Positions 17,166 to 20,000 of a stretch of DNA of 20,000 nt are shown here, piece by piece. The DNA is from an uncultured virus (IMG/VR IMGVR_UViG_3300005530_000024) (Duplodnaviria > Heunggongvirae > Uroviricota > Caudoviricetes). The DNA is taken from IMG/VR virus record IMGVR_UViG_3300005530_000024; one strand, 5' to 3'. Position 1 is the first letter of the stretch. Every line of letters starts with the position of its first letter. A program made the position numbers and the translations under genes. The notes under the pieces are model-generated. The model was not told where the DNA came from, made no database searches, and worked only from the letters and a program-made list of their open reading frames with translations.

Positions 17166-17240
17166 GATGATTCGGGCTGAACCATCTCCAATCTACCAAA
17201 GTGTTTATTTCGGACTTTTGGTAGAAAGGGCTAGATTCAG
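17166..17240 (-). repeat. intergenic long hairpin element 5
   Basis: CTGAATC..TCTACCAAAAGT-loop-ACTTTGGTAGA..GGTTCAG followed by CCC-GAATCATC. Confidence 0.72.
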
Positions 17241-17241
17241 G

Positions 17242-17547
17242 TCAGTTCGCGTAGCATGAAACTCGACCAAGCACTGTAAAGCCGTAGCTCGCACGATATC
17301 CGCGCGAGCTGTACGTAACCTCCATTTCGCCGATATCGCCCCACCGATTGACCTTTGGGAAGATTCGGACATCTTCGACAACCAGCTCGATGTCCATATT
17401 TGTCTCAGTGTGGTCGTAGTAGAAAGCATCAGACGAAGTGTCATTACTGGCGTATTCTGCCCGCTCTGCGTCCATTCTGGTCATATCGGCCTTGATGCGC
17501 GAAATCACCATCTGGCGCAACCTTCGCGTAACGATGAATTTGGACAT
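17242..17547 (-). CDS. hypothetical protein (first gene of the leftward array)
   Basis: ATG 17547 after GGAGTGTGTGCA. Confidence 0.8.
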   Translation of the reverse strand: MSKFIVTRRLRQMVISRIKADMTRMDAERAEYASNDTSSDAFYYDHTETNMDIELVVEDVRIFPKVNRWGDIGEMEVTYSSRGYRASYGFTVLGRVSCYAN

Positions 17548-17580
17548 TGCACACACTCCATACTCAAAGGCACGTCATCG

Positions 17581-17665
17581 CCCAATGCGACCAGAACGAT
17601 ACCTTTGTGCCCCTAAGTCCGCTATATGGCTTAGAGGGGAAAGATACCGAACTGTAGACATTGGG
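17581..17665 (-). repeat. leader long hairpin element 6
   Basis: CCCAATG..CAG-TT-CGGTATCTTT..CTAAG-loop-CTTAG..AAAGGTATCG-TT-CTG..CATTGGG. Confidence 0.72.
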
Positions 17666-18034
17666 AATTTTGGGTGTGTTAGTACTTCTGCCCTAGTTCG
17701 ACTGTTTAGTTGACTATGTACGTATCAGGCGCATTGCGGGGGAAAGTGTGCGTTAGTCTGATATGTCCGACTTTGCACGTTGCCCGATCGGTTGCCCGAA
17801 CCGCGCTGATGTGGATTTGTGTTGCAATCCAATCCTATCTTTGGACACAAGGTGACAAAATAGGACAAATCAAACTATGACAATCTTGGGCAAATAGACT
17901 GAAACGGACAGGCGAAATGTCGGTATTGGCATGCTATATGGCGGTATGCAGCCTGTCCGATAAGTCCGTATCAGTTAGCTTACATCGGGATGCAATATAG
18001 CTAGATGGGCAAATCGGACTTATTGATGACTGTA

Positions 18035-18050
18035 TGTGACGCACGTCACA
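18035..18050. promoter_or_regulatory. CRP/GlxR-type binding site TGTGA-CGCACG-TCACA
   Basis: Perfect consensus, extended palindrome ATGTGAC-N4-GTCACAT. Confidence 0.7.
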
Positions 18051-19076
18051 TTAGCAATCTATAGATGAGACAGAACGGACATATGTGTGCAAACCAGACA
18101 TACTCACCTATGGCTAGGCTAGGGTGAAGAATGCCCTATGTATAGGCACCTGCGTACTATGCGTGCCATACCCCACTGTGTATGCAACTGGGTAGAATGC
18201 GATGAATATTTCTTTGATGACTTATACGTAGATGATGTAGGAGAGGAGGACTTGCTATATTTGCCTCGCATGTTCTAATTCTTTAGAAATTTCTGAATTG
18301 TCCGATATATCACGTCATGGTGCGGGCATGCGTGCATATGTGACTGTATATGCAGTATGTCCTATGTGTGCATGTGGGGTAGGTGCATATAGGATATAGA
18401 CGACTGTCTGTATAACCTGGATATATGGCACAGATTGGGCACCGTGCCGATAGCGCATATTATCGGACCATGCACCATCCCACACAGTTAGTACAGTCTT
18501 CGCAAATTAGGACATACGTGCTGACTGTGTAAAACCTCACAAATGGGGCAGTCTACATCGCTAGGCCGGGCAGGGGAGTCTCTAAATTCGAGGGGGGGTG
18601 CCCGCGATTTGCCCTAAGCCTCCAAGCGACGCACAGAAAAATTCCCGAGAATCTAATGAACTTATTTGCAGCTCTGTATATCTAGAAGATTGCACAGTCG
18701 ATGGCTTCCATGAGTGAATTGTATGTAACGTATAGGATGGTTGTCTCCGAGTGTCTGCCCTATGCCCCTACATTGTTCCCTATATAGTCTCCTAAATACT
18801 TAGTATATAAACTACTATAAGTAGCTACTAAAAGAGGGGTTTATAGACGTTTACCTAGGAGGTGTTTTCAAACAGCGGACAATCACGATGGTATTCCTTT
18901 TATCATTCGTATACTCTACGACGCGGGGACAATCCTATATCAGGGGGGGTGGGCTTATGCGTAAGGGAGGGTGTCCGCTGATGTCTCCTATTACGAAAAC
19001 CGCATATAAAAGTATGTGGTTTTGCTGCGTTTATAGGTGTTTATAGGTGCCTATATAGGAGACACATCGGCTGACA

Positions 19077-19098
19077 ATCGGAGACACGTGTCTCCGAT
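19077..19098. repeat. perfect 22-bp palindrome ATCGGAGACACGTGTCTCCGAT
   Basis: Read directly from sequence. Confidence 0.85.
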
Positions 19099-19179
19099 AT
19101 AGCCCACATAAACCGAGCTAACCAACGATATCAGCACATTCGGCATTGTGCGCCTATCATGGGCGCCTCAAGATAGGGG

Positions 19180-19208
19180 TTGACAGGATATAATATTTAT
19201 GTCATATT
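19180..19208 (+). promoter_or_regulatory. promoter TTGACA-N17-CATATT (extended -10) for a leaderless mRNA
   Basis: Predicted +1 coincides with ATG 19215; no RBS; TGACA-N14-TGTCA inverted repeat overlaps it. Confidence 0.72.
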
Positions 19209-19214
19209 GATCAG

Positions 19215-19625
19215 ATGACGGAACATTTAGCACTGAAGACATGGGTAACACGGCCAGAGATAGAACAAATGTTCTTCATCTCAACGCCGACCTTCAATAG
19301 CTGGCGTGCTCAGGGCAAGTGGGGTGATCCCATCGGCAATGTGCCTAACAGGTCAGGCATGGGAAAACCTCTGCTTGCATACTCCATGGAATACGTGCTT
19401 GAAGTTTACGAGCGAGAGCTTCCATACATTGCAGCGAGAGCAATCTCGCGAGGTGTTAAAGCTGAAGAATTCGAGAATGCGCTCGACAAGTTCGAATTCC
19501 CTGAAGTGACGGCGCTGAAGGAGCACCGTATAGTCTGGGGCACTGTAGTCGACGGCAAGATTGAATTCTTAGAGATGCCCGAGTATACCGATGACTCGCC
19601 TTACTACGACGGACTCCCGATATAA
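19215..19625 (+). CDS. winged-HTH DNA-binding protein (excisionase/MerR/Nu1-like)
   Basis: WVTRPEIEQMFFISTPTFNSWRAQGKW...G.G....Y..EYV pattern. Confidence 0.78.
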   Translation: MTEHLALKTWVTRPEIEQMFFISTPTFNSWRAQGKWGDPIGNVPNRSGMGKPLLAYSMEYVLEVYERELPYIAARAISRGVKAEEFENALDKFEFPEVTALKEHRIVWGTVVDGKIEFLEMPEYTDDSPYYDGLPI

Positions 19626-19673
19626 TCGGGACAAGTCGGACAATCTCCGCAAAGACGACTATTTAGACTGGGC

Positions 19674-19702
19674 TTGCGTGTCGATATGGGTCTCGATAGG
19701 GT
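19674..19702 (+). promoter_or_regulatory. promoter TTGCGT-N17-TAGGGT for a leaderless mRNA
   Basis: ATG 19710 lies 7 nt after the -10 hexamer; no RBS. Confidence 0.55.
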
Positions 19703-19709
19703 ATGTGTC

Positions 19710-20000
19710 ATGAGCCTATATACCGAATACTTGACCCCCGCCTTTGTAGGTGACGCCGGACTGAGCCCCAACAAGGGACTTCCAGTCTACGGCGAATCGA
19801 CTGAGTGGAAAGGACGCCAAGCCAAAAAGGCCAGAGGAAGTCTGCATGTACCGGCTTCTCCTGACCCGCTCGACCGTCATGACTTCGCTCCCCGGCATGG
19901 CTATACAAGAACGCAATGGCTCGACACCACGTCCGGCGGATGCTCGCCTGTGAACGCTCTACTGACCGGTCTGACGATGGGAAAGAATAACCACTCCAAG
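19710..20000 (+). CDS. hypothetical protein, partial (MSLYTEYLTPAFVGDAG...)
   Basis: Open from ATG 19710 to the window end (97 codons); absent from the track because it has no stop. Confidence 0.65.
   Translation, partial: MSLYTEYLTPAFVGDAGLSPNKGLPVYGESTEWKGRQAKKARGSLHVPASPDPLDRHDFAPRHGYTRTQWLDTTSGGCSPVNALLTGLTMGKNNHSK

Larger units (their letters stand above)
17670..19179. other. large non-coding divergence region (candidate genome end/terminal repeat, pac site and/or origin)
   Basis: No ORF of 60 aa or more across ~1.5 kb; transcription diverges; G-tracts, AT-rich patch, repeats and palindromes. Confidence 0.6.

Noticed and set aside
15415..17556. GTG starts giving MCAM/MCRM N-termini in the ORF track
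   Set aside because: These GTGs lie inside the conserved RBS motif; the downstream ATG has correct SD spacing.
14786..17665. Bona fide integron attC cassette array or CRISPR array
   Set aside because: No integrase or cas gene in the window; no strict RYYYAAC/GTTRRRY boxes; G-T pairing favours the coding strand, whereas attC folds on the bottom strand; the units between repeats are whole genes and the repeats are not identical.
19077..19098. Protelomerase telRL site
   Set aside because: The palindrome is only 22 bp and no protelomerase gene is visible.
19708..19916. Two 66-aa minus-strand ORFs
   Set aside because: They overlap the better-supported plus-strand leaderless ORF starting at 19710.

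Overview
Bacteriophage DNA, most likely a phage of Actinobacteria. That assignment is inferred from moderately high GC, AGGAGG-type RBSs, leaderless sigma-70-type promoters and perfect CRP/GlxR boxes. Positions 1-17550 are a dense leftward (minus-strand) accessory/early arm of about 38 mostly small genes. Recognisable products are an HNH endonuclease with C-terminal HTH, a membrane protein/lipoprotein pair, a MoxR/CobS-type AAA+ ATPase with a CobT-like HExxH/acidic-linker/vWA partner, a DUF6011-like Zn-finger protein, a GNAT acetyltransferase and a highly codon-biased Ala/Glu-rich protein. A ~1.5 kb non-coding divergence region (17670-19180) has CRP box, G-tract, AT-rich, tandem-repeat and palindromic elements, and may hold the genome end/pac site and/or origin. 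It is followed by two rightward leaderless genes, the first a Xis/Nu1-like wHTH protein. The most notable unexplained structures are (i) a cassette-like array at 14475-17665 in which genes are separated by long imperfect hairpins and begin with a near-identical extended RBS, GGAGTGTGTGC-N1-3-ATG, and (ii) two non-canonical tRNA-like elements (acceptor stem plus T-arm, no normal D or anticodon arms), each just 3' of a gene and preceded by a pseudoknot or strong hairpin.
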